Assembly (NCBI GenBank): GCA_965197905.1
Contig: CBDAOB010000005.1
Coordinates: forward strand, 2,336,001 to 2,400,000
Direction: 5' to 3'
Source of the DNA: Candidatus Latescibacterota bacterium
GTDB taxonomy: Bacteria > Latescibacterota > UBA2968 > UBA8231
Length of the DNA stretch: 64,000 bases
The position numbers and the translations under genes are program-made. Every line of letters begins with the position of its first letter. The first letter of the stretch is position 1. Shown here one piece after another: positions 8,178 through 18,214 of the stretch. Below the pieces are notes generated by a model that worked only from the letters and a program-made list of their open reading frames with translations, had not been told where the DNA came from and made no database searches.

Positions 8178-10078
8178 TGTTTGACACCCAGGCTACATAC
8201 GAGGTAATCGTGGTCGGAGGCGGTCATGCGGGCGTCGAGGCGGCTCTCGCCGCCAGCCGCATGGGTGCGAAAACGTTGCTGCTCACCATGAATCTGGACA
8301 CCATCGGGCAGATGTCGTGCAACCCGGCCATCGGCGGAATCGGCAAAGGCCACATGGTGAAAGAGATCGATGCCTTAGGCGGCCAGATGGCGGTCAACAT
8401 CGATCGCACCGGTATCCAGTTTCGACGGCTGAACACCAGCCGTGGTCCGGCGGTCCGTGCCTCCCGCGCCCAGGCAGACAAAAAAGCCTACCAGTTCGAA
8501 CTGAAGTTCGAATGCGAGAAGCAGGACCACCTGGATATCCGCCAGGGCATGATGGAGGACCTGTTCGTCGAACGTGGTCGTGTCCTCGGTGTTGGTCTGA
8601 AGGGTGGCGGTCGATTCGGGGCCTCTTCGGTTGTGCTCACCACCGGAACCTTTTTGCGCGGCAAGATCTACGTGGGCGACGTGACTCATCGCGCCGGTCG
8701 CGCCGGCGAGGAACCGGCCGATCGAGCCTCCGAGGGGCTGGCGGGACTTGGATTCGAATTGGGCCGGCTGAAAACGGGCACGCCGCCGCGGGTGAACGGA
8801 CGCACTATCGATTTCGACGCCACCCAACCTCAGCCCGGCGACGAGCCGCCGCGGTCTTTTTCCTATCAAACCGAGAAGATCGAACAAGCTCAAGTCCCCT
8901 GCTGGATAACCTATACCAACCCGACTACCCATCGCCTGATCGAGGAGAACCTCGAACGATCGGCGATGTACAGCGGCTTGATAGAAGGGATCGGACCGCG
9001 CTATTGTCCGTCCATAGAAGACAAAGTGGTCAAATTCAGGGACCGGGAAAGGCATCAGATCTTCATCGAGCCAGAAGGTCGCCGAACCCTGGAGCATTAC
9101 ATCAACGGACTCTCCATGAGCCTACCGGAAGAGGTGCAGAACCAGGTAGTGCACACCATCCCCGGCCTTGAACGGGCCCAGGTCATGCGACCGGCCTACG
9201 CGGTAGAATACGATTACGCCATCCCCACCCAGCTCTACCCGCACCTGGAAACCAAACTCGTCGGCGGCCTCTTCTTTGCCGGACAGATCAACGGCACGAC
9301 CGGGTACGAAGAAGCGGCTGCCCAGGGTCTTATGGCGGGCATCAACGCCGTGCTGAAGAGTCGCACCGAAGAGCCGTTCGTCCTGCAGCGCTCTGAAGCC
9401 TACATCGGAGTACTGGTGGACGACCTGGTGACCAAGGGCACGCAGGAACCCTACCGAATCTTTACGTCGCGGGCAGAATACCGGCTTTTGCTGCGCGAGG
9501 ACAATGCCGATTACCGCCTCATGGAGATGGGACGCCGGCTCGGTCTGATCGGCGACCGTATCTACCAGCGCTATCAGAGCAAGCGACGGCAAGTTGAGAC
9601 CGAGCTCGAGCGACTGAACCAACAGCGGGTCGGTCTGGACGAGAAGATTCAGGAAACCCTGCGGGCATGCGGGTCGACGCCTCTGAAGGAACCGGCGCGT
9701 CTGGCGGATCTGCTGCGACGGCCCGAGATCGGCTATCGGCAGATAACATTGCTGGCGCCCCCCGACCAACCGTTGACGATGGACGCCGCGGAGCACGTGG
9801 AGGCTACGATCAAATACGAGTCGTACATCAGAAGGCAGGTCGATCAGGCGGAGAAACTCAAGCGACTGGAGGAGATGCGCATCCCCAATGGATTCGACTA
9901 TTCCCGAGAGACCGTCAACCTGTCGGCGGAAGCCAGGCAGAAGCTTGCTGCCGTGCAGCCCCGGACCCTCGGACAGGCATCGCGTATCTCCGGTGTGTCG
10001 CCGGCCGACCTGTCAGCCTTGATGGTTCTGCTGCACGCCCGCTCCCAATCCGCCGACAACAGCACCAACGCCGCCTGA
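8177..10078 (+). CDS. mnmG: tRNA uridine-5-carboxymethylaminomethyl modification enzyme MnmG
   Basis: [60 protein letters not shown] overlap at 8175-8179. Confidence 0.98.
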   Translation: MFDTQATYEVIVVGGGHAGVEAALAASRMGAKTLLLTMNLDTIGQMSCNPAIGGIGKGHMVKEIDALGGQMAVNIDRTGIQFRRLNTSRGPAVRASRAQADKKAYQFELKFECEKQDHLDIRQGMMEDLFVERGRVLGVGLKGGGRFGASSVVLTTGTFLRGKIYVGDVTHRAGRAGEEPADRASEGLAGLGFELGRLKTGTPPRVNGRTIDFDATQPQPGDEPPRSFSYQTEKIEQAQVPCWITYTNPTTHRLIEENLERSAMYSGLIEGIGPRYCPSIEDKVVKFRDRERHQIFIEPEGRRTLEHYINGLSMSLPEEVQNQVVHTIPGLERAQVMRPAYAVEYDYAIPTQLYPHLETKLVGGLFFAGQINGTTGYEEAAAQGLMAGINAVLKSRTEEPFVLQRSEAYIGVLVDDLVTKGTQEPYRIFTSRAEYRLLLREDNADYRLMEMGRRLGLIGDRIYQRYQSKRRQVETELERLNQQRVGLDEKIQETLRACGSTPLKEPARLADLLRRPEIGYRQITLLAPPDQPLTMDAAEHVEATIKYESYIRRQVDQAEKLKRLEEMRIPNGFDYSRETVNLSAEARQKLAAVQPRTLGQASRISGVSPADLSALMVLLHARSQSADNSTNAA

Positions 10079-10113
10079 GCTCGGGAGGGGATGCTGCCGC
10101 CCGCGGGGACAGC

Positions 10114-11244
10114 TCATTCCTTCCAGGTCCGAGAATCCTGACGAATATACCAACGATCGATCTCGCCATCCCGGTCCAGATCTTCAACTTCCTCCAGGTA
10201 GGCTTCGAACCAGCGGTCCGTTGCGCGAATGATGGGCGGCCATAGATAATCCTTCAGCAGCCGGTGTTTTATACCCAGCGAATCGAGATCGGACGCGTAC
10301 CGACCGTTTTCATCGTGGTAGCGGCGCTGTTGCTCGTAGATCTCGCGCAGGAGCCTCAGCGCTTCGGATTGTCGCGGCAGCGGAAATGCGGACGGTCCAC
10401 CGCCGGCCAAGTCGGCGGAAAACTGCACGTAACCCCAGCGTTCGGGGTGGTGCATCGTGTTGGCCCCTTGGGGTGACCAGGACCAGGTCTGGGAGCGGCT
10501 GTCGGCCGACTTCCCCGACCTGCCGCCTTCCCCCACCTCCCACTGCACCCGCGAAAAGTTGACCCTCCATTGGTTTCCCGGTCGCGGTGGCACCAGGCGG
10601 TGGGCGCACTCCTTCAGCACAGCCCAGGGCAGCGCGATCTCGACCGTCCAGCCTTCATCCTCGTCCAGGGGATTGTTGAGGGTGCCCCAGATATGCACCG
10701 CGCTCTTCAAGCCGGCGATGTCCCATGCCATCACCGCGCTGCCGCCGTCTCGGTACGGCTTAGTCAGCAGCTGATCCAGGATGGTTCCAAGCGCATTGAT
10801 CTCTACCTCGTAATACTCATGGGTGTCCCCGTCCGGGTCGATGTAGATCTCGAAGTCGTTGTCGTGGTATATCGTCGCATCCCGCTCTTTGAGGGTCGCC
10901 CACACGTGGCGATCCTGCAGATCGGCCGCGACGTAGAAGTGGGTGTCATCCCACAGCATCTTGCACCGGGTGCGGAACTCAGGATTCTCGCTTGAGACCC
11001 CTTCGATGTCTTGGAACTCGTCGGTCCACGAGACACGTTGCCAACCTGGCTCGTCCAACCGGCCATCGATCTCCAGCTTTCCGGCGGAACGGTAGGCGAT
11101 ATACCGATGCGGCTCCAGGTTGCCAGCCTCATCGCCATGAATTTCCGCAGCGAGGCCCAGCAGGAACACGAGCACGCATCGCAGGAGACACGCGCTCGAC
11201 AGTGCCAACAATCCTTTCCTAGGGCCGTCTCCAATCCGCTTCAT
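10114..11244 (-). CDS. Secreted carbohydrate-binding family 9-like protein
   Basis: IDGRLDE..W, KMLWDD, DNDFEIYIDPDGD, WTVEIALPW, WRVNFSRV; hydrophobic N-terminus; start uncertain. Confidence 0.85.
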   Translation of the reverse strand: MKRIGDGPRKGLLALSSACLLRCVLVFLLGLAAEIHGDEAGNLEPHRYIAYRSAGKLEIDGRLDEPGWQRVSWTDEFQDIEGVSSENPEFRTRCKMLWDDTHFYVAADLQDRHVWATLKERDATIYHDNDFEIYIDPDGDTHEYYEVEINALGTILDQLLTKPYRDGGSAVMAWDIAGLKSAVHIWGTLNNPLDEDEGWTVEIALPWAVLKECAHRLVPPRPGNQWRVNFSRVQWEVGEGGRSGKSADSRSQTWSWSPQGANTMHHPERWGYVQFSADLAGGGPSAFPLPRQSEALRLLREIYEQQRRYHDENGRYASDLDSLGIKHRLLKDYLWPPIIRATDRWFEAYLEEVEDLDRDGEIDRWYIRQDSRTWKE

Positions 11245-11356
11245 CTCTTTAATATATTGCCATGCCCTGGCCTCCCCAAGTTGCCTCAAACTAGATCTGC
11301 TCCGAAATTGTTTGCCGAACTCTTGCGTCGCCACGGGCATTTGATATTAGTTTTTG

Positions 11357-12004
11357 ATGGCTAAATCTTTGAACTTGATCCTACTTGGGCCCCCAGGCTC
11401 CGGCAAGGGGACCCAGGCCGAGCGCTTGGAAGAACTCCTGAAGCTCGAACATGTCTCTACCGGCGACATTCTGCGCGACGCCGTGGACAAAGGCAATTCG
11501 CTGGGCCAAGAGGTCAGGGAGTTCCTGAATGCAGGAAAGCTGGTCTCGGACGAGCTGGTTGCCCGCATTGTGGATCATAGACTCGACGAGCTAGGTGACC
11601 GCGGTTTCGTACTGGACGGATATCCCCGCACCATCGGGCAGGCTCTCTCTCTGGACCGGTGGAGTTCCGGCAGCGGGGTTGCCTTGGATGCGGTCGTCTT
11701 TATCGATGTGGCCGAGCAGACAGTGGTCGAGCGCATCACCGGGCGGCGCATCGACCCGGACACTGGCCGCGTGTATCAACGCTCTGAGCCCCTGCCGGAG
11801 GAGATTCGCTCACGGTTGAGACAACGGAACGACGATCATGAGGATGTCGTCAAGAAACGGCTGGAAATTTACCATCAGCTGACCAAGCCCGTCATCCACC
11901 ACTATGAAGAGTTGGGGGTTTTGAATCGGATTGATGGCGCCTTCGATCCCGATCAAGTATTTGCCAGCATTCTGCAACTCGAGCCGATCAAACGCCAGGT
12001 TTGA
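11357..12004 (+). CDS. adk: Adenylate kinase
   Basis: LLGPPGSGKGTQA, HVSTGDILR, LDGYPRT. Confidence 0.97.
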   Translation: MAKSLNLILLGPPGSGKGTQAERLEELLKLEHVSTGDILRDAVDKGNSLGQEVREFLNAGKLVSDELVARIVDHRLDELGDRGFVLDGYPRTIGQALSLDRWSSGSGVALDAVVFIDVAEQTVVERITGRRIDPDTGRVYQRSEPLPEEIRSRLRQRNDDHEDVVKKRLEIYHQLTKPVIHHYEELGVLNRIDGAFDPDQVFASILQLEPIKRQV

Positions 12005-12073
12005 CAGCCTGGTCACGCCTACCTTATTTTTCACATAATTCGTTGTTTTTATTGAGAAAGGGATCGTTTCGTC

Positions 12074-12397
12074 ATGGCCGATCAGGAGAGTTTGGACTTC
12101 TACAAATCGGGTATGGGCAAATTCGTTCAGCAGGATTTCGAAGGAGCGTTGGCCGATTTCGGAAGTGCCCTCGAACTCGATCCACAGTACGCTGACGTCA
12201 TTCAGTCTATCGCCCATGTTTACGAAAAGCTGGACGATATGGACAAGGCGTTGGAATACGCCAAGCGAGCTGTCGAGGCCAATCCGGACGATTTCATGGC
12301 TCATACCAGCCTCTCCATGTTCTATCAGCGAACGGGAAACATTCCCGAAGCTGAAAAGGAGCTGGCGATCGCTGCAGAGCTGCAGGATGGGAAATAG
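12074..12397 (+). CDS. Small tetratricopeptide-repeat protein
   Basis: About three TPR-like units (ALELDPQYA, AVEANPDDFMAH). Confidence 0.85.
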   Translation: MADQESLDFYKSGMGKFVQQDFEGALADFGSALELDPQYADVIQSIAHVYEKLDDMDKALEYAKRAVEANPDDFMAHTSLSMFYQRTGNIPEAEKELAIAAELQDGK

Positions 12398-12448
12398 GCT
12401 CCCAAAACCCGTATTCCCTAACAACCCTGCCTCAGGCCCCAACAGACC

Positions 12449-13495
12449 ATGCGCATAGGGCCCCACACACTCGCCCCATTCAAACCTGGAATGCCAGTCT
12501 TGACCCTGGCCCCGCTCGCAGGCGTCGGCAATTGGGTCTTCCGGCTCATCTGCGCTCGTCTTGGCGCCAAGATAGTCGGGGTCGAATTCATCAATTGTCG
12601 AAACGTGCACGAGAAATCCCGCCGGCAGGCACGGCTCATGGATTTTTCCGATGCCGAGATTTATCGCAATACAGAAATGTCCCTGCTTGCGGCCCAGATC
12701 TACGGCAACGACGAAACCCTCATTGCCTCCAGCGCGCAACTCTTGGAGGAGCGCGGGACCGACGTTCTCGATATCAATTTCGGCTGCTCGGTGCCGCGCA
12801 TCGTGCAAAAGGGCTCTGGCGCTGCTTATCTGAAGGATCTCGATCGGTTATACGAAGCAGTACGGCTCACAGTAGAGGCGGTCAGCATTCCAGTCATCGT
12901 GAAAACGCGAATCGGGTGGGACGCCACAGATATCAACATCCTCGAGGTCGTCGACCGGGTAATCGCCGCGGGAGCTCAAGCGATAGCGATCCATGCTCGG
13001 ACTGTGGCACAGAAATACAAGGGCAGGGCCGATTGGGATTGGATTGCGCGTGCCAAAGAGAGAGCGACGATCCCGGTCCTTGGCAATGGCGACGTATGCA
13101 CCTACGACGACGCCGTCGCGATGCAGCAACACACCGGCTGCGACGCGGTGATGATAGGACGCGCTGCAATGGCCAATCCTTGGATCTTCTCTGGCCGCCG
13201 CGGCGCCCTGCTGATCGAGCGCATCGACCTCGCACTGGATCAGCTGCGCCTGATGGCCATCTACAAAGGTGAGCGAGTGGGCATACTTGAGACCCGCAAA
13301 CACCTGGCGTTGTATTTCAGATCGCTGCCCCGAACCTCCGAGCTGCGGGCGAGTCTGCTCACCGCAGGCACCCTGACCGAGCTCGCCGATCTGCTCAACG
13401 CCTGGCGCGAGTCTGCAGATCCTCAAGACCACGAGGAAGACATGAGCCTTACTCCGGTGGAGGCAGACGCATTGGCCTGGGGAGGAACCGATTGA
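12449..13495 (+). CDS. dusB: tRNA-dihydrouridine synthase (DusB-like)
   Basis: LAPLAG, DINFGC, KTRIGW, IHART, GNGDV, MIGRAA..NPWIF. Confidence 0.88.
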   Translation: MRIGPHTLAPFKPGMPVLTLAPLAGVGNWVFRLICARLGAKIVGVEFINCRNVHEKSRRQARLMDFSDAEIYRNTEMSLLAAQIYGNDETLIASSAQLLEERGTDVLDINFGCSVPRIVQKGSGAAYLKDLDRLYEAVRLTVEAVSIPVIVKTRIGWDATDINILEVVDRVIAAGAQAIAIHARTVAQKYKGRADWDWIARAKERATIPVLGNGDVCTYDDAVAMQQHTGCDAVMIGRAAMANPWIFSGRRGALLIERIDLALDQLRLMAIYKGERVGILETRKHLALYFRSLPRTSELRASLLTAGTLTELADLLNAWRESADPQDHEEDMSLTPVEADALAWGGTD

Positions 13496-13514
13496 TGGAG
13501 ACGCAGACAACGTG

Positions 13515-13985
13515 ATGAACTGGAAGACTATCCTGGCATCTCTCGTTTTTGTGCTGGCCGTTGCCGGCTGCGACCAAGAGCCAATATCGCTTGAGGTCTT
13601 TCCGGCGATGTTGGCGAGCCCGCAAGAGGGACCGCCCGCCGAATGGAGACGGGTCGAATTCGAAGGCAGCGTTCGCAGCCCCGGCGGCATCTACCTGGTG
13701 GCGACCGATCGTCTCTTCTCCGACTGGAACATCACCGCCTTCAGGCCATCGCCGCAAACAGATGGCAGCGTCGCCATCAACATCCGCCTGAACGAGTACG
13801 CCCGTCGAAAGATGGCTGCGTTCAGTGCGGACCCCGCCAACCTTAAGAAACCCGTGGCCGTAAACGTCAACGGTCGCTGGACCGATTTCGTTCCGATTCT
13901 GGGCCCCGTTGGCGATCGCTTTACGTTGTTCGGCCTGACGGAAAGCGAGGTCGAGGGCCTGCAACACCAGTTGGACACCCGCTAA
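13515..13985 (+). CDS. Hypothetical lipoprotein, SecDF P1-head-like
   Basis: Lipobox LAVAGC; VAINIRLNEYARRKMAAFSA...KPVAVNVNG resembles the SecD head subdomain. Confidence 0.6.
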   Translation: MNWKTILASLVFVLAVAGCDQEPISLEVFPAMLASPQEGPPAEWRRVEFEGSVRSPGGIYLVATDRLFSDWNITAFRPSPQTDGSVAINIRLNEYARRKMAAFSADPANLKKPVAVNVNGRWTDFVPILGPVGDRFTLFGLTESEVEGLQHQLDTR

Positions 13986-14006
13986 GCAACATCGTGCATG
14001 TGAGGC

Positions 14007-14735
14007 ATGTTGGACACCATTGACCAAGCCAAAATCGACCTGGTTGCTGCTTTGCGCTGGGCGCATAGATGCGGGCTCGGCGAAGGCATCTGCAACCACT
14101 TTAGCCTGGCCCTGCCCGGTCGTGACGATCAATTTCTGTTGAATCCTCAAGGTCGTCAGTGGAGCGAGGTCGCCGTCAGCGACCTCTTGGTGGTCGATGG
14201 TAGCGGCAAACTGGTTGAGGGAAAACACGAAGCCGAAGCAACCGCCTTTTTTATTCATGCGGCGATCCATCGCGCCAGTTCGGCCGCAGCCTGCGTCCTG
14301 CATACCCATATGCCGTACGCCACGGTTCTCTGTTGTCTGCAAAGGGAACAGCTGGAATGGTTGCATCAAAATTCGACGCGATTCTACGGTAGGGTGGCCT
14401 ATCTGGAATCGTTCAACGGACTGGCTCTTGAGGATGATGAAGGGAGCAGGCTTGCCGCAGAATTTGAAAGCGCCCGCGTGCTGTTTCTCGCCAACCACGG
14501 TGTGATTGTGGTTGGACCGGACGTGGCAACGGCATTCGACGATCTCTATTATCTGGAGCGGGCCTGTATGATTCAGGTATTGGCGCGGTCGACCGGATCA
14601 CCACTGCGACTCATTCCCGCGGCGACATGTCAACGAACGGCGGATCAATTCGAGGAGATCCGCCGCCAATCCCATCTGCACCTGGAATCCGCCAAGAGAA
14701 TCCTCCGGCGTGAGGAGCCGGACGCATTCGTATGA
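14007..14735 (+). CDS. Class II aldolase/adducin family protein
   Basis: EGICNHFS, AFFIHAAIH, VLHTHMPY, FLANHGVIV. Confidence 0.92.
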   Translation: MLDTIDQAKIDLVAALRWAHRCGLGEGICNHFSLALPGRDDQFLLNPQGRQWSEVAVSDLLVVDGSGKLVEGKHEAEATAFFIHAAIHRASSAAACVLHTHMPYATVLCCLQREQLEWLHQNSTRFYGRVAYLESFNGLALEDDEGSRLAAEFESARVLFLANHGVIVVGPDVATAFDDLYYLERACMIQVLARSTGSPLRLIPAATCQRTADQFEEIRRQSHLHLESAKRILRREEPDAFV

Positions 14736-14745
14736 GCAGAGCGCA

Positions 14746-15720
14746 GTGAAAGAAGTCCTGATTGTCGGGCCCGGCGGACTGGGAGGAACATTGGCGGCGA
14801 TGCTGGCTGCTGCCGGCTCCTGCCGCGTCCGAATAATGGGGCGCCCCGGCGCACACACGGACGCCATTCGCCATCACGGCATCCGTGTGTTCGGGCTCAA
14901 GGAACTTTCTGTTCCCCTCGAGTTCGCCGATGAAGCCAATCCGGTCGGCGAATGCGATGTGATCATATACGCGACGAAAGCCCAGCACACCGCGGCGGCA
15001 CTGGAACAGACAACGAGAATCAATGTCCGCGAATTCGTGGCATCGATTCAGAACGGCGTGATCAAGGATGACAAACTCGTTGATGCGTTCGGGCGGGAGA
15101 GGGTAGTGGGCGCTGTAGCTATGGTTGCGGGCGCGCGGACGGAGCCGGGCACCATCAACTTTACCTACGACGGCGGCACCTTCCTCGGCGAGCTCGATGG
15201 CGGCTCTTCCGAGCGTGTTGAGGGATTTGTTGCCCTGTGCGAGGAATCGGGTCTCGTCGCGACGGCCGTCGACGACATCGTTGCGGCATCGTGGACCAAG
15301 ATGGTGGGTTGGATCCCTGTCGGTTTGCTGGCAAGCCTTACCCGATGCGACAACGCCACTATTCTATCCAACGAACTGCTTGCCGCCGCGTTCGTAGGTG
15401 TGGTGCGCGAGCTCAACGAGCTTGCGGTCGCCAAAGGGGTGAAGCTGATGGATATCGGACCCTACTCCTCCAGAAGCTGGTGCCAAGGCGAGATCGACGA
15501 GGCGGTCAAGGATGTCATGTCCTCCCCGCTGACCTCCAACCAATCGACCCATTCTGCCCTTCAGGATGTAAACAAGGGTTTGACCACCGAGTTCGAGGCC
15601 TGCGTGCGACCGATGATCGAAGAGGCGTCAAGACTTGGGATTCAGTTGAGCGGCACCCGGGTCCTCTACGCTACACTTATGGGCTTGGAGATATCGCTGC
15701 AAGCAGGGAGAGGCATATGA
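14746..15720 (+). CDS. Ketopantoate reductase (PanE/ApbA) family protein
   Basis: IVGPGGLGG Rossmann motif, ATKA, SIQNGV, WTKM, SALQDV..G..TE; start re-called to GTG 14746. Confidence 0.85.
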   Translation: MKEVLIVGPGGLGGTLAAMLAAAGSCRVRIMGRPGAHTDAIRHHGIRVFGLKELSVPLEFADEANPVGECDVIIYATKAQHTAAALEQTTRINVREFVASIQNGVIKDDKLVDAFGRERVVGAVAMVAGARTEPGTINFTYDGGTFLGELDGGSSERVEGFVALCEESGLVATAVDDIVAASWTKMVGWIPVGLLASLTRCDNATILSNELLAAAFVGVVRELNELAVAKGVKLMDIGPYSSRSWCQGEIDEAVKDVMSSPLTSNQSTHSALQDVNKGLTTEFEACVRPMIEEASRLGIQLSGTRVLYATLMGLEISLQAGRGI

Positions 15721-16319
15721 ATCCGCTCACCGACCCCCACATCAAGAAGGTATTGACCCGTCTGGAAAAAGAGGATGACGAGGACCGTCGCTTGCTGAAT
15801 CGACCGCGGGAAGAACGTATGTTTACCCTGCATCCAGATACCGCTTATTTGCTTCATATCCTGGTGCAGGCCTCGAAGGCAAAGAACTTGGTGGAGATCG
15901 GTGTCGCCTACGGCTATTCGACCATCTGGCTTGCCCACGCATCGCGCCTGACTGGCGGCCGCATCTCTTCTCTCGAGATCAATCCGAAGCTGATTGAAAT
16001 TGCCAAGCAGAACGTGGAGGAAGCCGGGTTGTCGAGCCAGGTCGACTTCGTTCTCGGGGACGCCCTGGAATCGGTGCAATCGATCGCTGCCCCGTTCGAC
16101 TTTGTCCTGCTGGATTGTTGGGAATGGCTCTACGTCGAGATGTTGGAGCTTCTGGCCCCCAAACTCCGTCCCGGCGCGCTCCTGGTCGCCGACAACGTTC
16201 ACCCGGGGGCAGAGGATTCGGATCGATTCGTCGAAGCAGTGTCCGCCCATACATCCTTCGAGACGATCGGCGTTCCCATCGGTCGCGACATCCAGGTCAG
16301 CATGAAAGTCGATAATTGA
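15717..16319 (+). CDS. SAM-dependent O-methyltransferase
   Basis: LVEIGVAYGYSTIWLA, FDFVLLD, LRPGALLVADN; ATGA overlap. Confidence 0.9.
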   Translation: MNPLTDPHIKKVLTRLEKEDDEDRRLLNRPREERMFTLHPDTAYLLHILVQASKAKNLVEIGVAYGYSTIWLAHASRLTGGRISSLEINPKLIEIAKQNVEEAGLSSQVDFVLGDALESVQSIAAPFDFVLLDCWEWLYVEMLELLAPKLRPGALLVADNVHPGAEDSDRFVEAVSAHTSFETIGVPIGRDIQVSMKVDN

Positions 16320-16376
16320 TGGCTTCGTCGGGAATGCGTTACCGGGCGCGGCGGGTGAAATCCCAGTTTTGACTCC

Positions 16377-16673
16377 GTGACCGTATGGCATCTCTACGTC
16401 GTCCGAACCGGGCGAGGCGCTCTGTACACCGGCATCGCCACCGACGTCGAGCGGCGGCTGAGCGAACACAGGTGCGGAATCGGGGCGAAGTACTTGCGGT
16501 CGCGCGGCCCGTTGGATCTGGTTTATCAAGCGGCAGTTGGAGATCGCTCCACCGCGCTGCGAATCGAAGGCGCGCTCAAGAAGCTGCGGAAAGAGCACAA
16601 AGAGGCGATTGTTTCCAGACAACCTACGGCATCTGAGCTCGCACAGTTGCTGGGGATTACTACAGGCGATTAG
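16377..16673 (+). CDS. GIY-YIG nuclease family protein (YhbQ-like)
   Basis: WHLYVVR...LYTGIATDVERRL.EH..G.GAKYLR. Confidence 0.9.
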   Translation: MTVWHLYVVRTGRGALYTGIATDVERRLSEHRCGIGAKYLRSRGPLDLVYQAAVGDRSTALRIEGALKKLRKEHKEAIVSRQPTASELAQLLGITTGD

Positions 16674-16724
16674 CGGTCATCAAGGCCGGATCGAGAGTCT
16701 TGTACCTATCCATGGAGGTTTGAG

Positions 16725-17159
16725 ATGCAACCTGAGATACTGATCAATCACCTCGCAGTCATCGTCTGCGTTGCGGTCGCCATGCCGCTGGGATATCTCT
16801 GGTACGGGCCCATTTTCGGGAAGGCGTGGGCGAGCCAGATGGGTATGGATCACGAAGAGCAGCCGGAAGGCATGGCAAAGTCGCTGATCCTCTATGCCGT
16901 CGGCGCCTTTCTCATCGCGTTCGTCCTGGCACACAGCATCGAGGCCTGGCAGCCGACCACCTGGGGAGCAGGGGAAGATTCCGCGCCATGGGTCTACGGC
17001 CTGAACGCCGCCGTTTGGACCTGGATAGGATTCTTCGTGCCGCTGCAGATCGGTCGGGTGGCATGGGAAAAGAGAGGGTGGGGGCTGGTTGCCATCAATT
17101 CCAGCTTCGACCTGGTTCGGCTGCTGATATTTGGTATGATACTCGCTTACTGGCAATAG
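16725..17159 (+). CDS. DUF1761-like membrane protein
   Basis: INHLAV...LGYLWYGPIFGKAW; four hydrophobic segments. Confidence 0.82.
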   Translation: MQPEILINHLAVIVCVAVAMPLGYLWYGPIFGKAWASQMGMDHEEQPEGMAKSLILYAVGAFLIAFVLAHSIEAWQPTTWGAGEDSAPWVYGLNAAVWTWIGFFVPLQIGRVAWEKRGWGLVAINSSFDLVRLLIFGMILAYWQ

Positions 17160-17187
17160 TCACGTCACGTTTGCCCTGGAGCTCTGT

Positions 17188-17715
17188 TTGGATCCGACCC
17201 TCGAAACGCCGCGGCTCGAATTGCGACCCTTGGCTTTGTCCGATGTCGATGCGATATACGCCTACCGAGCGGACGCCGACGTGATGCAGTACATGGGCGG
17301 CGCCGACCGATCGATCGGAGATTCCCGCGAAGCGCTTGAGAAGTACTGCCGCTATCAACGCATGTACGGCTTCAGCAGATGGGCTATGGTCCACAAGGAG
17401 ACCGGTGAATTCGTCGGAGATTCCGGTCTTCTCCCCATGGACGGAACGCAAGAGTTCGAATTGGGCTACCGCTTGGCGAAGGAATTTTGGTCAATGGGTC
17501 TCGCCACCGAATGCGGAAGAGCCTGGCTCGATGCCGCGTTTACCCGGTTTGGATTGAGGACCGTGATCGCCTTTGCCGATGAGCGGCATACCGCTTCGCT
17601 CCGGGTTATGCAGAAGCTGGGCATGAAGTTTGACAAGCAGGCGCATATCGCGGACATGGACTGTCACGTATATCGACTCAATCGAGGGATATACCCGCTC
17701 GAGCTGCACATGTAG
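17188..17715 (+). CDS. GNAT N-acetyltransferase (RimJ/RimL-type)
   Basis: LETPRLELRP, ELGYRL...FWSMGLATE, ASLRVMQKLGM. Confidence 0.9.
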   Translation: MDPTLETPRLELRPLALSDVDAIYAYRADADVMQYMGGADRSIGDSREALEKYCRYQRMYGFSRWAMVHKETGEFVGDSGLLPMDGTQEFELGYRLAKEFWSMGLATECGRAWLDAAFTRFGLRTVIAFADERHTASLRVMQKLGMKFDKQAHIADMDCHVYRLNRGIYPLELHM

Positions 17716-17766
17716 CTGGCTCAAGCAGCCGGGCCTCATGCAGGCTGGAGGTTTCGAAGATCGAGT

Positions 17767-18213
17767 TTGACTTCACTTCTGGATATCGCCGTCCGCTCCG
17801 CTTCGAGATCAACGATGAAACGGCTGAGCCAATGCCGACTGTCGCCCGAGGACGGATTGGACGGAGATTTCCGCGGGCGCTCGGTAAATCGTCAGGTGAC
17901 CGTTCTGGCCCTGGAGGATTGGCGCGAGGTTTGTTCCGAACTGGGGGTGGATCTGCCCTGGACGACTCGTCGTGCCAACCTTCTCATTGAAGGCGTTTCG
18001 CTTTTCGATACGGCTGGCACGAACTTGCACATAGGAGCCGCCATTCTAGAGATCACCGGCGAGACTGAACCGTGCGCACGCATGGAGGAGTACCGCAGTG
18101 GATTGCGCAACGCCCTGTCATCCGGCTGGCGGGGTGGGGTTTGTTGCCGCGTTGTCGCGGGTGGATTTCTAAACGTCGGCGCATCTGTCGACCTGGGAGG
18201 AGGGCCTTCTTGA
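17767..18213 (+). CDS. MOSC domain protein
   Basis: GLDGD..G...RQVT, RRANLLIEG, EITGETEPC.RM, RGGVCCRV. Confidence 0.88.
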   Translation: MTSLLDIAVRSASRSTMKRLSQCRLSPEDGLDGDFRGRSVNRQVTVLALEDWREVCSELGVDLPWTTRRANLLIEGVSLFDTAGTNLHIGAAILEITGETEPCARMEEYRSGLRNALSSGWRGGVCCRVVAGGFLNVGASVDLGGGPS

Positions 18214-18214
18214 T

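Noticed and set aside
16377..16673. GIY-YIG gene as a homing endonuclease or mobile element
   Set aside because: Short YhbQ-type stand-alone domain with no intron, repeats or integrase nearby
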